From Psilocybe cubensis (lineage: Eukaryota): 64,000 bases of DNA. Position numbers and translations under genes: made by a program. The notes under the pieces are model-generated. The model was not told the DNA's origin. It was given only the letters and a program-made list of their open reading frames with translations, and searched no databases. The stretch covers positions 3,906,001 to 3,970,000 of the forward strand of contig CM039001.1 in NCBI GenBank assembly GCA_017499595.2. Reading direction: 5' to 3'. Each line of letters begins with the position of its first letter. The stretch's first letter is position 1. Below are positions 25,572-38,922 of the stretch, in pieces.

Positions 25572-28500
25572 ATGTCGTCGTCGGCGGGGAGCGCGAGTCC
25601 GGCTACTACGCTGCCTAGCATTCACGAGATGTTTCCCGGTGTGTATCTGTTCTTCTCTTTCGTGATATTCATCTTTCATCGTCGTCATTTCGTGTTCACG
25701 TCCATTTATCAATCAACTTCATTCATTTCATGACTTACGCATATCAATTATAGACCACCTCCTCCCCCTCCCCCTCCCCCTCCCAAAACCCGACCCACAC
25801 CATCCCCACTCACACCACCACCACCACCCCGCACACGCAGACGCAAGCCCGCGCAGCAGCGCAGCATACACCCACCTTCCGGTTCGTATCCGTCTCCCCA
25901 CCCACCCAAGATACACCCTAATCAATTATCTATATCCCGATGCTAACGTGGAATCAAATTCCTTTTTTCTCTTTTTCATACTTTGTGTTTCGTTTTTGGC
26001 GAGTATAGGTACCGAGCGCGAGCGCGAATCATCGGGACCGCGCACACGCGCACCCGTCGAGTTCAAGTGCAAGCGGGAGTCCGGGCTCGAGCAAGCGCCG
26101 TCCCTCAAGCTCAACCTCGTGTCCCCCACACGCGCAGGGTGACAGCATATACGCATTCACAGCGCTCCGTCCTTCCTCATCTTCCTCATCCTGCACCACC
26201 TCACCATACCCCAAACACCCACACCCACACCCGCAAAATGGGCCGTACCCGCCTATATACCGCACAGACGCGCTCCTGCCCTCACCCGCTTCTTCCTCCT
26301 CTTCTTCCTCTTCTTGTTCCCGCGACAGGGAGAGGGAGAGGGATGAGTACGCGGAGTGTAGCGGTAGTCGGGCGCATTATGGTCCTTCCTCTTCGTCATC
26401 GGCGGGGGTGTACGCGCCGCCGCAGCCTCCGGGGCACCAGCAGTATGGTTATAGCGAGCGGTACGCGCCGCGGCGCATGTCGTCCGCCCCCTCCGCGTCT
26501 GCGTACCACGCCCATTTTCCACGCGCGTACGCTGATGAGGAGCGCTACCACGAGCGGTACCACGAACGCGGGCGTGCTCTTTACCAGACCCGAGCCCAGC
26601 ACAACGCCAACGCCAACGCCAACTACAACGAGCACGAAGTCGACCGGGAACACGAAAATGAGCACGAGCACCAGCAAGAACATGAGAATGAGAATGATCA
26701 GGAGCACGACCAGGACCAAGACACATCAAACGGCAAAAAACACGTCTGTCCGACGTGTTTTAAGCGGTTTAATAGGCCGAGTAGTTTGCGGATACATGTT
26801 AATACGCATACGGGCGCTACGCGTGAGTGGTTTGTTTTGCTTTTTTTTGCTTTCTTTCTTACCACTTCACTTACCATTTGACGCTTACCACTTCACTTAA
26901 CGCTTACCACTTACCACTTCACTCACCACTTACCACTTCACTTACCACTCACCACTTCACTCACCACTTCACTCACCACTTCACTCACCACTCACCACTT
27001 AATTCTTACCACTTCACTCACCACTTCACTCACCATTTCACTCACCACTTAATTCTTACCACTTAACGCTCACCACTGACCACTCACCACTTAATTCTGA
27101 ACTAACAGCCTTCCGCTGCCCATGGCCGAACTGCGGCCGCGAATTCAACGTCAACTCGAATATGAGGAGGCATTATAGGAATCATACCGCGCCGGGGTTT
27201 TCGAGGGCGCAGTCTCAATCTCAGGCGCAATCGCAGGTGCAGGGGCAGGCTCAGGCGCAGGCGCAGGCGCAAATTCAGAACGCCAACGTCAACGCGAGCG
27301 CTAATAGCGCGAATAACAACGCCAATGCGAATCGCGGTGCTAGTGGTAATGGTAACAACACCTCCCAGCGATCGGCGTCCTCGCTCTCTACCACCACGAG
27401 TGCGAGTGCGGGCGCGGGCGCGGGCGTGGAACAGGTCGTGCAGGGGACTCAACTTGGCGCAGATGGTAGGAGGAAGCGACGGCGGACTATGCCTTTATCT
27501 ATGCCTCCGGTACCGGTACCGGTACCTGTGCAGCAGGGAAATGGGAATGTTGGGTATAGAGCCGAGTTCGAGTATCGACACGGGCAGTATGGGTCGCCTT
27601 CTATGCACCCATCGCATCCCTCGCACCCTTCACACCCATCGCACCCCTCGAATGGGCATGGGCATGCGCATGCGCATGCGCACGCTTTGAGTCCAGCTCA
27701 AAGTCCGCTATATGCGGCCCGGTCAACTAGCGCAGGAGGGGGAGGAGGGTACCCGCATAGCGCGCACCCGGGCGCGTCGCCTCGTTCCGCGCACTTGTCT
27801 GCGCATCAGCAATTCCACCACCACCACCACCACCACCAACAGCATCAGCATCAGCATCAGCAGTCGCCAGAGTCCCACCATCAACACCAGCGCCAATACG
27901 CGCAGCAGTTCCAGCAGAGACACGCACAGAGAGAAAGAGAGAGGGGGGGACAGTTCCAGCAGCAGCAGCAACAGAAGCATCATATGCCGTCGCCGCCTAT
28001 ATCGCATGTGTCTATTAGCGAAGAAGACGAGGATGAGTGCGAGGAGGAGGGTGTGCGTGGGGGGATGAGGATTAGGGGTCAGGGGAGGGGTCGTGGGGGG
28101 AATATGAGTGCAAGTGGGAGGGCTAGGGTAAGGGGGGTTAAAGATGAAGATGGGGATGAAGATGGGGATGAAGACGATGATATGCGCGGATACGACGAGC
28201 GTGAAGAGGAGGAGGATGATAGGATGGACGAGGACGCGGCGGAGGAGGACGAAGACGAGGACGCAGAGGAGGATGAAGAAAGAGACCATATCAACCTTAC
28301 GCGCTCGCTTGCGCGTGTAGCTGTGCAGCATTCGCCGTCGCTTTCTCCTTCGCTCTCTCCGTCGGTTTCGGTTTCTGTCTCGGCGGCGGGGGTGGGGTAT
28401 GGGTATGGGTATGGGTATGAGAAGGAGAAGGAGAAGGAGCGCGTTGAGTATGGATATGGGTATGGGTACGAATATCATCAGCACCAGCGGTACTCTTCCG

Positions 28501-28919
28501 AGCGCTCTCGTCCACAATCCACTATCACTACCACCGCGCACCCCATTGACTCCAATGCCCACCTACAGCCAACCGCGCACGCGCACGCGCATGCCAGCGG
28601 TGGAGGAGGAGTTGGAGGAGGAGGAGGAGGCGGGCCAGGCCCATTAACACCCGGATCAAGCTTCCACTCTTCCTCCCCATCCGCCTCATCTTCCTCATCC
28701 TCGTCCTCGTCCTCGTCCTCAGGATCGTCCGCTTCTCCATCTGTGTCACCCTCGCCTCCACCTGCTCATCCCTCGGCGCTGTCATCCGTGGCGAAACAAC
28801 AGGGACAGGGACAGGGAATGGGGGTGAAGCACCGATCGCTGGCGGATGCACCGCATGTGGCTGCGCGACTTCGGCCTGCTTTTGGCGGGAGTGGTGGGCG
28901 GGATAGGGTGAGAGCTTGA
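25572..28919 (+). CDS. C2H2 zinc-finger transcription factor, FlbC / Schizophyllum C2h2-like
   Basis: Exons 25572-25638, 25754-25881, 26009-26822 and 27109-28919 splice in frame. N-terminal LPSIHEMFP motif. Two fingers: KKHVCPTCFKRFNRPSSLRIHVNTHTGATPFRCPWPNCGREFNVNSNMRRHYRNH. Long His/Gln/acidic/Ser low-complexity tracts. Confidence 0.92.
26855..27095. repeat. Intronic tandem repeat (CACTCACCACTT / CTTACCACTT units)
   Basis: Fills most of the 286-nt intron 26823-27108 that separates the two zinc fingers. Confidence 0.85.
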
Positions 28920-29439
28920 GGATGGGAGGGGGGAGGTTTTTCTTTTTGAGGGTTTGTTGAACTTTGTTCTCTTCGCTGAGCTTTGGCTTGACTATGTGTG
29001 GTGCGGGGCAGGGGTGGGCGTCGTTGGATATCCCTTTTTGGCGTTGTGTTGGGGGGGGGGGGTTAATGTTATTGTGTTTCGCTGTCGTTCTCTCCCTTTC
29101 GCTACGCCTACTCTTTGCTGGATCTATCACTCTCGATACCTCGTTTTCTTGGTTTCTTGGTTTTTGATACCCTCCTCTATTCTATTCTACTCCTTTTCTC
29201 CTTTTCTGCTCTGTTTTTTATGTTTCTGTTTCTGTCGATGTCGATGTTGTTGCTGTTGCTGTTGTGTTTGTATCGCTACGTCCAAGTCTCCGTCCGAATC
29301 TGCGTGTATCTGTATTAGTATCAGTTTTAGGTTTAGTTTTAGGTATAGGTATACTCTACGTGTTGTAATTCTGAAATCGTGTGGAAGTAACTTGATTTTT
29401 TTTCTTGGTCTTTTGCATGTTTGCATACTTGAAAGGCCA

Positions 29440-29590
29440 AACGCTGAAATGCTCGAATGCAAGTGCTCGAACGCAAGCGCCCGATTGCGAACGCTCAAAT
29501 GCAAAAGCTCGAACGCAAAAGCTCGAACGAAAACGCTCGAACGCTCAAACGCAAGTGCTCAAACGCAAACGCTCGAACGTTCAAGCAATT
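29440..29590. repeat. Degenerate AACGCTCGAACGC/AACGCTCAAA tandem array downstream of the C2H2 gene
   Basis: Visible repeated GCTCGAACG / GCTCAAACG units. Confidence 0.75.
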
Positions 29591-30202
29591 CCGAAAAGCT
29601 TCATGCTTAAGAGCCTGGTCTGAAGCTGGATTTTGAATCGTTTCACGACGATGATGATGATGATGATGATGATGGTCATTGGTTGGGGTATAATCATCAT
29701 CATCATCGGTCGGGGTATACTATAATCAATCTCAGTGCTGGGGATCATAACGCACTTACGTGTGCCTCAGGCTCAGTGTTTGTGTTGCTAAGTTAGTGTA
29801 AAAATGTGAATTTAAAGGCAGAAGAGCGAGGTGCGAGGTGCGAGGTGGGCCTCAGATAACTTTGACTTTGACCAAGCAATTTCTCGGTGTCGATGCGTAT
29901 GTTAAATTCAAAAAACTTCAAAATATCGTGTTAATCGGCTGTCCGGTATACCGTATAAAAATATCTTCAAGGTCCGCAGACCTGACTGTGACTGGTGACT
30001 GAAGAAAGAAAGAATGGATAAGTTTTAGAGACACAATTGGTTGAGTTGAATGAGATTGACCGGAATAGTGGTGCTGAGGTTTGGGTGCTTGAAGTATCAT
30101 CAAGATATTCAATCCAAAGCCAAGTCTCAAGACGTGAACAATGGATTACACAGACGGAATGTCACTTTTTTTGTTTATTCTTTTACTTTTTGAAAATTGC
30201 AG

Positions 30203-30423
30203 TGACGATTGACCTACTGCATGTAAGTATAGTGTTAGTGCTAACAAAAGAAGATGGCAGGACGGTTATGTCGAAGAAGTCTCGAATTTATGTATTGGAA
30301 ATGAGAATACCTGGTTAGTTTCTGACGATTAACCTACTGCATATAAGTATAGTATTAGTTTTAACGAAAGAAGATGGAAGGAGGCGGTATATCGAAGAAG
30401 CCTCGAATTTATGTATTGAAAAT
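30203..30423. repeat. About 100-bp direct duplication, period 120 bp
   Basis: TGACGATT(G/A)ACCTACTGCAT(G/A)TAAGTATAGT...CTCGAATTTATGTATTG starts at 30203 and again at 30323. Confidence 0.85.
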
Positions 30424-33400
30424 TAGCTGGCATGGACATGCCAGGTTTACACCTGGTGCAATTTGCGTAGTTGCCATTTTGTAAGCCTGCTGCCTTACTA
30501 CTCTACCGTTTCTGCTATATATATACTGTCCGTGATTAAGAAACATATCGTTTCTTAATTGGTTCTTTTACCTTACCGGTTTGAGTGTCACTGCTGTGTT
30601 CGGACAGACAGCAGCGTTACACATTTGGTACATAAATGTAAACAAGCGGCTGAAATCTTATCATGGTTGAAATCTTAAAAGTTATCATGGTACAACTTAT
30701 CGCATGCACTGTACCTCGTATATATTGCGTCGAGCACCACAGTCCATATTTCCCACCGCGACACAGCATATTCAGTTCAAACATTGTGAATTTTTCTGTT
30801 CGTTATGTTCTTGGAGGACGGAATATCCTAGTGATCAAAAATACTTGTATAGAGGTTCATTCCTTTCGTGTGAAAACTGTGCCATACACTTTCGGTGGCA
30901 AAAATGGGACTGATTATACTGACCTGTTTCAACCGTGGCCATGACTGATGTTGGAAAAAGAGTTATTGGTTTGCAGTGGTTGGATAAGACCTGTTTATAG
31001 GAGACGCGTATAAAACAGGGTTTTAGGTCAGATGGCATTGTTATTTTCCAACCATGCCAGCTAACTGCGAACGGAGTTCGCATTTGCCGAGTGAGAATAC
31101 CTGGTTAGTTTGCCTATTCAAAAATTGGAGGAATCTTTCGGACTTTAAAATATAATGCATCATATATACAATTTACGTTATCTCGGCTTGCTGAATTTAA
31201 TTTATACACCGTCAGATGATTTTCCCTTTGCTAATGGTATGTTCTTCACATGCGCCAGTTGGATGCAATGTAATTGGACGTCACTTACTTACAGATGACC
31301 GCTGACTACTTACTTATGGTGCGTAATGTGTTGTGTCCAGCCTCAAGGGTGTTTGTTGGGAGAGCCGGAGTCTAGAGTCGGAGTTTGGGAAGCCATCACT
31401 CGGCATCAGGAAATGCCGCATAATTAAAAATGTTTGGTCCTGGGCATTGGGCACCTCGCTCTTTGGTTTTCCACATAGCAGGGGCATCATGATCAGACTC
31501 TGGAGTCTTGATCGTCTTCATCTTCATCATTATGGTGTTCATCACTCTCATCACAATCATAATCACAATCACCATTATAATTATAATTATACCCATCTCA
31601 CACAACTTGAAAGAATTCCCTTAATCTCTTTGAAATTGCATGCGTTCATCCAAAGCTCACACCATCGTGGTAATAGTCATAGTCATGTGTTGTGTTACGG
31701 TTGTGGTAATTATCATGATCATAAGATGATATGACGTGAAATGAGACGAGATGTGCAAAGCTAATCCGCGATGTGCAATCCCAAATGTCAATCTCCATCT
31801 CGAATCGTCAATCTCAGCGGAGTCGTTGTGAGGTACGGTTACATGTTTGCATTTATTATAATGTAACGTTTTACCTTTTGGCCAGTTCTTAGCAGCTACT
31901 AAGCAACCTTGCGGTATTGAGAATTTAATAATCAAGAGTTGTGTTGTGTAGAGTGGTAAAGGTCTGACTGGATATCTATATCTCTTCCGATCCCTGACGC
32001 CCGAGACAAATTTGAACAGTGTGTAGATTCGCAAGCTTCAAATTGTCTGTGTCTGTTCCGGTAAGGGTTAGTAAATTTATGGCGTGGGCTGCGGTTAGGT
32101 TGAGGTTTAGCCGTGGTTTTCAGGGTTTGTTTAATTGCTTTGCGTTGTGCTTCGTTTGTACAGATACGTTTTTAACTTGGATTTTAATTGGTGTTTTAAT
32201 TTGTTACCAAGGTGTCTCATTCAGAACACAAGAAGGTGCTGCGCAAGCTCGGTGCTTCAGCACTGAGAAAAGCACCTCCGAGTCCGAGTGATATTCTAAG
32301 CAACTGAGTCAAAGTATAGTAGATCCCGTCTCCCATAGACTTGCTCCTTTCTAAAACCTATCGTCTGCCACCATCTACCACGAAAGAGTCGGGACAATCG
32401 GTATCAGTATCGTTGGTAAAGTCAACAGCGTCAGTGTCAGTGTCATTCACGGCAAATCTATAGCAGTCCCATTCATCCATTATTCCACGAATTTCTGACT
32501 CGAACGACTGATCGATCATCAGGTGTTTATTCAACTGAACTCTGGGTTATATGAGCCTGTTAACCGTGTTAATATTAGTGTTAGTTCCAGTCCGAATCCC
32601 AGTCAGGCCAGCTGTGATCCTCTCCATACTATTGACAGATGATTTTCTATACTTGCTGATACATATAAAAGCAAGTTACATTACCTACCGATGATTCGCC
32701 AGTGTGTCGCTCGGATGCAATGTCAATTTCAATATGTTAGCTATAGTTATTGTTATAGTTGTGGGTAAAGGTATGGGCGTTTTGTATGAAAGCCGGAATG
32801 AAACACGTTTCTGCGTGTAATTTTTGTGAAGAGGAAAATTCGGAGTGTGACTTGAGGTTTGGTCTCTTTTCTCTTTATTGGGATCGGGCTCTTGGGCTGG
32901 GCTGGGACTCGGTGGGTCGGGTCTGAGGCTGGCGCCCACGCCTGCTGAGTTTGATTAGAGAACAAGGCAAGGCCCTTGTACCTTGTACTCGTTATAGCTC
33001 TTGATCAGATTACGCGCCATCACACACACACAGGAGTCCAGGAGTGATTGGGAACTGCAGAATTGTGGGCTATGTGGGCTATGTGGGCTGCTTGTTACAA
33101 ATTACATTTAGATTTAGATTTCTCAAACGCTGTCACGTTGGACCACTACAATCACCACAATCACCTCAATCACTGGAAAAATAATTAAAGACCACGAATT
33201 GCCCATAGACTCCGCATCATCGTGATGACGATCATCATCAGCGCACTTACACGGATCCTCAAAGGTCCCAAAAATGAACTATGTATCCCACTCGCGAGTC
33301 ATGGGAAGGGGGAGGATGTGGGGCGCGCGCGCACCGGCACGCACCTCGCCCTCACACCTCAAGGCCTCAAGTTGCACTCGAAATCAATCATATCCAATGG

Positions 33401-34235
33401 AGCGATGGACCCCCTCTTCCCCTTTCCCCTGCCCCGCGCCGCCCTGCCCCGCGTCGTCTTTGGATAGATCATTAACGTCAATGGGTTGCTCTAGATCTCG
33501 CGTGCTAAATATGTGGCATGGTGTGAATAGTGACAGGCAAAGACAGTTGGCTGTTTCTGTTTCTGTTTTTGTTTCTGTCTCTTTTTCTGTGATAGTGATA
33601 GTGATATTTTGAGATACTGATACTCTCCCCCAAATACAAAGGCCGGTAAGATATCGTAGATGACTAATATGATTTTATTTATCATATCACCTCAGAGCAC
33701 AACAACTTGCAGAGAATGTGCTGATGACAGATGCAAAAAAGCGTGGAATGCAACGTGCGGCGCAGTGATTGTGTCTGTTCTGTTCTGTCAAGTGTCCTTT
33801 TCTAATAAAATATGATGAGATATTACAATAAATTGTGGGCTACAAACACCGCCGCGTGCATACCTCGCACCGCATCGTAGTAGCAGGGACTGACATTAGT
33901 GGCATCTTTAATTTTGGACGCGGCAAGTGTGCGACCATCGTGGGTGATTTTCTTCTGTTAAGCATCTTCTTTAGTAAAGCGGCTACGAGCTCGAATTTCT
34001 TTTTTGGGAAATGCCTTATCTGCAGCAGGTGCGTCTGCGCTGCGCAAGTCGTCATGAGTCGGCAAAGTCAAGGAAGGCGTCAAGCGAGCAGGGTTCATGG
34101 TGAGAGTCGCACGTATTAGCTAGCCGAGTCCATGAATTGCGGACGCGGATGTGTATATCCGTTTATATTTTTTTTCTTGTGTTGTGTTTTTTCTTGGGGG
34201 GAGATGTCATGGTTTTTGGGAGTTTGTACGTTAGG

Positions 34236-34785
34236 TTGACAGATGAAGAGCTGCGCCTTTCTGCGCCTCTATTTTGGGGGTTACTTTCACGTTGACGCCG
34301 TTTGCTGGATTTGTGCTTTTATTCCCTCGATAAATGGAATGGATTTGAAGTGGGTCAGCTGTTATCTGTTTAGCGCCGAGTGGTGGTAACTTTTTATTGG
34401 ACTTCATGGTTTTCTGGTGGTCATGCCTTACATTGACAGGAGAAGAACTGCGCCTTCTACGTTTTTATCTTGCAACTTTTCAGGTAGGCTGGAGGTGACA
34501 CCTTTTGCTTGATTTGTGTTTTTATTCCCCGATAAACGGAATGGACTGGTATACAGCTGTTGCCATTTGACGCCGAGCAGTAGTAAAGCTTTTTTTGGGG
34601 TCAGACGCCAAGGATTTCTGGAAGTTCCATCTTACATTGACGGCAAATGGGTTGCGACTCACGACGTTTTTATATTTTTTGACCGCTACATAGGCTGGGG
34701 GTGCTTTTACATTTTTGACTCCCCCGATATATGGAATCTATCTGCGGTCAGCTGATATCTCTTTAGCGCCGAGCATTAGTAGATG
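34236..34785. repeat. Degenerate tandem repeat of about 200 bp, 2-3 copies
   Basis: Recurrent TTGACAG...GAA.(A/G)(A/G)CTGCGCCTT, GATTTGTG.TTTTATTCCC..GATAAA.GGAATGGA and CAGCTG...CGCCGAG blocks. Confidence 0.65.
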
Positions 34786-37534
34786 GGCGCTCACACTCTT
34801 AATCGACCAATGGGCACAAATTTTGTCGAAAAGAACGGAACATTTTAATTCTATTATCTTTTTCTTAAACTTCTCGGGCGTCAAGGCTTCACCAACGTTA
34901 TTGCACGACCAGCTTTAAGCGTCTAATAGATCCATCTCCCTTGAGCTATCTACTTCCCTTTGACTATATCCAATAATATAGAAATTTTACGTTTTCAGGA
35001 AGGCCATTTCAACACTGATCTTTGGATTATCGTCGCCCAAAGATCGTCACACAACGTATTGGATCGCTGGGTCTATCTATTCTCTATTTGAAAGTTTAAA
35101 TTTCGATTTAGATACAATTATCTGCACACATGATTGCCATTGACATCTGAGTAGCGTCTGATGAAGAAAGCTACGGCCATATTTTGCCTATATGCAGAAC
35201 ATCAAAACATTCTGTTGTGTGCCGTTATTATGCTTTTTGGAACATGAGAACAAAAAACTAGTTTATTCCGCCAATGAAGGAACAGTTGTAAGTCCAAACC
35301 GTCTTAGTAATCTATGCTTCTTTCCAATAACTTCACATGTTCCCCAGTTGACCCAGGCGCTTCGACCTTTGATCTATCAGTGATGCTGCTAGGGGCTTCG
35401 GAGGCAATACCTTCTCCCAGGATTCACGTCATTAATTTCCCTTGAGTTATTCTGGTGACACCGACATACCCCTGAGAAGCAAGGAGACTTTACATTTGCA
35501 TCAACAACAATCGATACAGGCTCAGAAACCATGTGCGTTCATGAGAGTACTGATATGTCTTTGTGAAAATCTGCATTCTATTCCGAGGATTTTCACTTCT
35601 TCCAAATTATGATACTCCATCTCTGCCATCACATTATCTCTAGTGTGCTTTCAAGTAATGTTTTTCCGAATCTGAAGATGAGCTACTTTTAGAAGAGGTT
35701 TGGTTATATATAACTTATACTTAAAGCCAGAGTACTTAGGCTAATTTGCGTTATACAGGTTTGTAGATAATGTCATCTTACTTACTCAGAGTTGATTATT
35801 CAGGCGCTTCGGATCCATTCGTAACCGACGGTGATCGACGCTTAAGACGTTCAATTCAAAAGGGGTGAAATCTATATACGATAGCACGCGACCCTAGATC
35901 AATGATCTGCTGCTTGGATCGGAGCTATCATGGCGCGGACAAGTCTTGGGGATTTCCCAAGAGATAAACAACAGAGAAGTCTCCGAGAATATCGTTCTAA
36001 AGCTTCAATGAATACGCTCGCTAGGATAATATTCTAGCAAAACATAATCTCGTCTCGTCAGCCTTTTGCCATTACACTGGAAGCTTTGCCCAATGATAAC
36101 TTTACAAATAATGTGATACTGGTCATGTCAAACTCTATCTAAAGCTTCGTCGATTGGTTCGATGTAACCATCAAAATGCTTTAAGAGTTAAGAATACAGA
36201 CTGTTCTGTGTTTGTGACCTTCAATCTGTTTTGGAACACTCTAGGAAAGATGGCAGGAGGCCAATTCAATTTTGGACCACATCACTTGTTAAATCATCCA
36301 GTTTTGTCTGTAACGCCATTCGTCGGGCTCGAGGGTAATGACAAGATGTTCGAACGTCTCGAAGCTCAAAGAAAATCATCCCTTATGTGTTGCTGCTAAA
36401 TGGAGAAGCCTGTTACCTTAATTTTATACGCATGGAGACAAACCCCTCGCTGGCATAAAACAGGAAATTCGGACCAATATCACTTTTTGCATGAATGACT
36501 GCTTATGTACTTAAGGTTATTAGTAGTATGACAGGGAAGTATTGTTGCTCTGAGATGATTGTCGCATGCTTCCAGCCGGAGTTTTGATTCTAGCAGGAAC
36601 CTATACTTGTAACTTGACACCCCCCTCACAAATATAATCGCAATTCCACCGATTCGGCATGTAATCACATTGGAGGTCTTGAGGCTACCTTATAATTTAT
36701 TCCTTTTTCTTCCAGCTAAATGACGATGGCGCCGACATATGCGGCTTCGACGATTGATTTGCCGACCGGCTCACTAAGCCGGATGGTCGTCGCTAGCGCT
36801 TAGGAGGTTGGTTTTTAGCGCTGGCCTGAGTTAATGCGTTGCAATGGAAATTTCGTCGATCCTTGGGCCAGAATATCGGTAACTTCTCCCCATTATCAAG
36901 CTTCCCCCAGATGAGTAGGTTCATACTCGCTGTGAGCGTCGGCGCTATCGCGTAGAACTTCCATTCACACCTGACTCTCGTTTGACGATTCCTGACGTCG
37001 AGTAACGCCGCATAACATGAAGAATTAAGTGCTCGTACATAGGTAGATTCTTACAACGCACCCCACTGCCCCTGACATTTATTTCGGAAAGCATCGCACT
37101 TTGGCGAATACGCGATTTATAGATAGAAAACGGCGTCAAACTTTGCCTGGCAGGTTGGGGCACAGAGCGGGAGCGCTCAGGTCGCGGCAAGCGACGATTT
37201 ACTCCCCTTTGCCGCGGTTGAAGCGGTTAATCATCTTCCATGCGACCGATCGTCGTGCAATGTCAAAAGTCAAGCTTGGGGATTTCCCGATCATGTCGTG
37301 GGATAGCGTGGGATGCAGCCTCGTCCATTGTTACTGAGATGTTAATTGCCATACGTCAGTGTCAAAGTGACGAGGATACATATTGCTTAAGACCTTTGTT
37401 TAGTATTTGGCACAAACTCGGTATCATCTCTGCTAAAAAAAGGATATTCATGATACAGCGGTTAACGAGTTTTGGTTAACCTAGTAGATACAAGAATATA
37501 GAATCGACTGGGTTACATCGCATTATATCTGTAT

Positions 37535-38922
37535 CTACAGTTTGCTTGACAAGGTTCGATCTTTCGTCACAACTGCGGCCAAGAGTGCTGCAGCTAATGC
37601 GGAAGGTGCCTCCTGTACAACCTGCCAAAAGAAAGAGACATTTGGTCGAATCAGTATCCTTATACCCGGGAACCCATTTAGAAGTACTCGTACAAGATGA
37701 CCTGCGCCCTCTATTCGCGCGACTGATGCAAAGGTTCTTCCCTCTTGAGGATTTATCAACGAATCTTGAATATCTCTTTCACTGAATACCTTGAGTCAGT
37801 AATACTATCTCACGAAATGGGTCGGTCAAATTGCTTACAACATGTCATTTCTGTCTCCGTAAATCAAATGGACAGGGACGTGTCTACAGATGATATTAAG
37901 CTGGTTCACCGCATCACGGATGAATTGATATCCTGTAAATGCAATATTCTCTTCCTGTCTGTGAGTCGTCAATGTAACGCCAGATTGTTTGTCGGGGTAA
38001 AACGCTGTTGGAAGAGGTCGAAGACCGTATTTCTTTTGCGATATCAGCTGTTAGACGGAAATAATCACCAAGTGTAGTGCGCACTATATAGGTATCAAGA
38101 ACCCGTTCATCCCACATTGCAAAGGGGAGGCTCCCCTTTATCGATTTGACAGCAGCGTCATGGCTCTTCCAAGTATCTCGTCTGATAGGGGTCATAGTCT
38201 CCACCATCTTGTACATGTCCGAAAATTGGCCTTCCTTCTCTGTCCCCCACATTGGTGGATCGACGAGAATGACACCTGCAAACGGAATGCTGGATGGCGG
38301 GTTAAAAAAGGAGGTCGAGAGTGCCCTTTAGGAAAAATTATAGTTCACATTAATGAAATAATGGGAGATAATGTGAAGCATACACAGCAACGGATCCCGC
38401 GGAATGTCCACATATAAAGATTTTATGGCCTTGTCGCATGGGATCAAGTAGGCCAGATCTATAAAGTGCCGAAAACGCGTCCGCATAGTCCCATATCGCT
38501 TTCAAGGGGAAGATAGATCAGCAAACTGCCACGTCATAGTTGAAGGGAAACGTACTCAGTATGCCTGGTTTACGGGATAAAACGTCCTCGTTTAGAGTAC
38601 ACCCTTCTCCATGATTCTGGCAGTCGAGTGCCCATGCTTCATGAACAACCATTCCCTTATCTAGTTCAAAAAGGTCTTCTATGGTGGGTTCCCAGGTTTC
38701 TTTAACTAAAATTTAGAAGAATGGTTAGTGGTTATAATGAAGAATGAAAAAGAGACGCCACTCACAGAAGCCAGCACCATGTGCAAGTAACAAGATTACG
38801 CCAGGTCCTTCAGGAATGGGGGTTTTCAGGTCAATTTTACGCATGTACCTCTTCATCGGGCATGTCAAAGGAACTCCATAGGTTAGTGTGCTGAGGGTAT
38901 ATCTCTCGATTTCAAGTGTCAT
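37535..38922 (-). CDS. Alpha/beta-hydrolase fold protein (Abhydrolase_6-like)
   Basis: LLLAHGAGF, KETWEP, WALDCQNHGEG, nucleophile elbow CGHSAG, VILVDPPM and ARIEGAGHL. Confidence 0.88.

Noticed and set aside
27325-29610. Antisense and alternative-frame ORFs over and after the C2H2 gene
   Set aside because: Shadow ORFs of GC-rich repeat-coded sequence and 3'UTR microsatellites.
31333-31734. His-rich 133-aa ORF
   Set aside because: Explained by CAT/AAT-type trinucleotide and hexanucleotide stutters.
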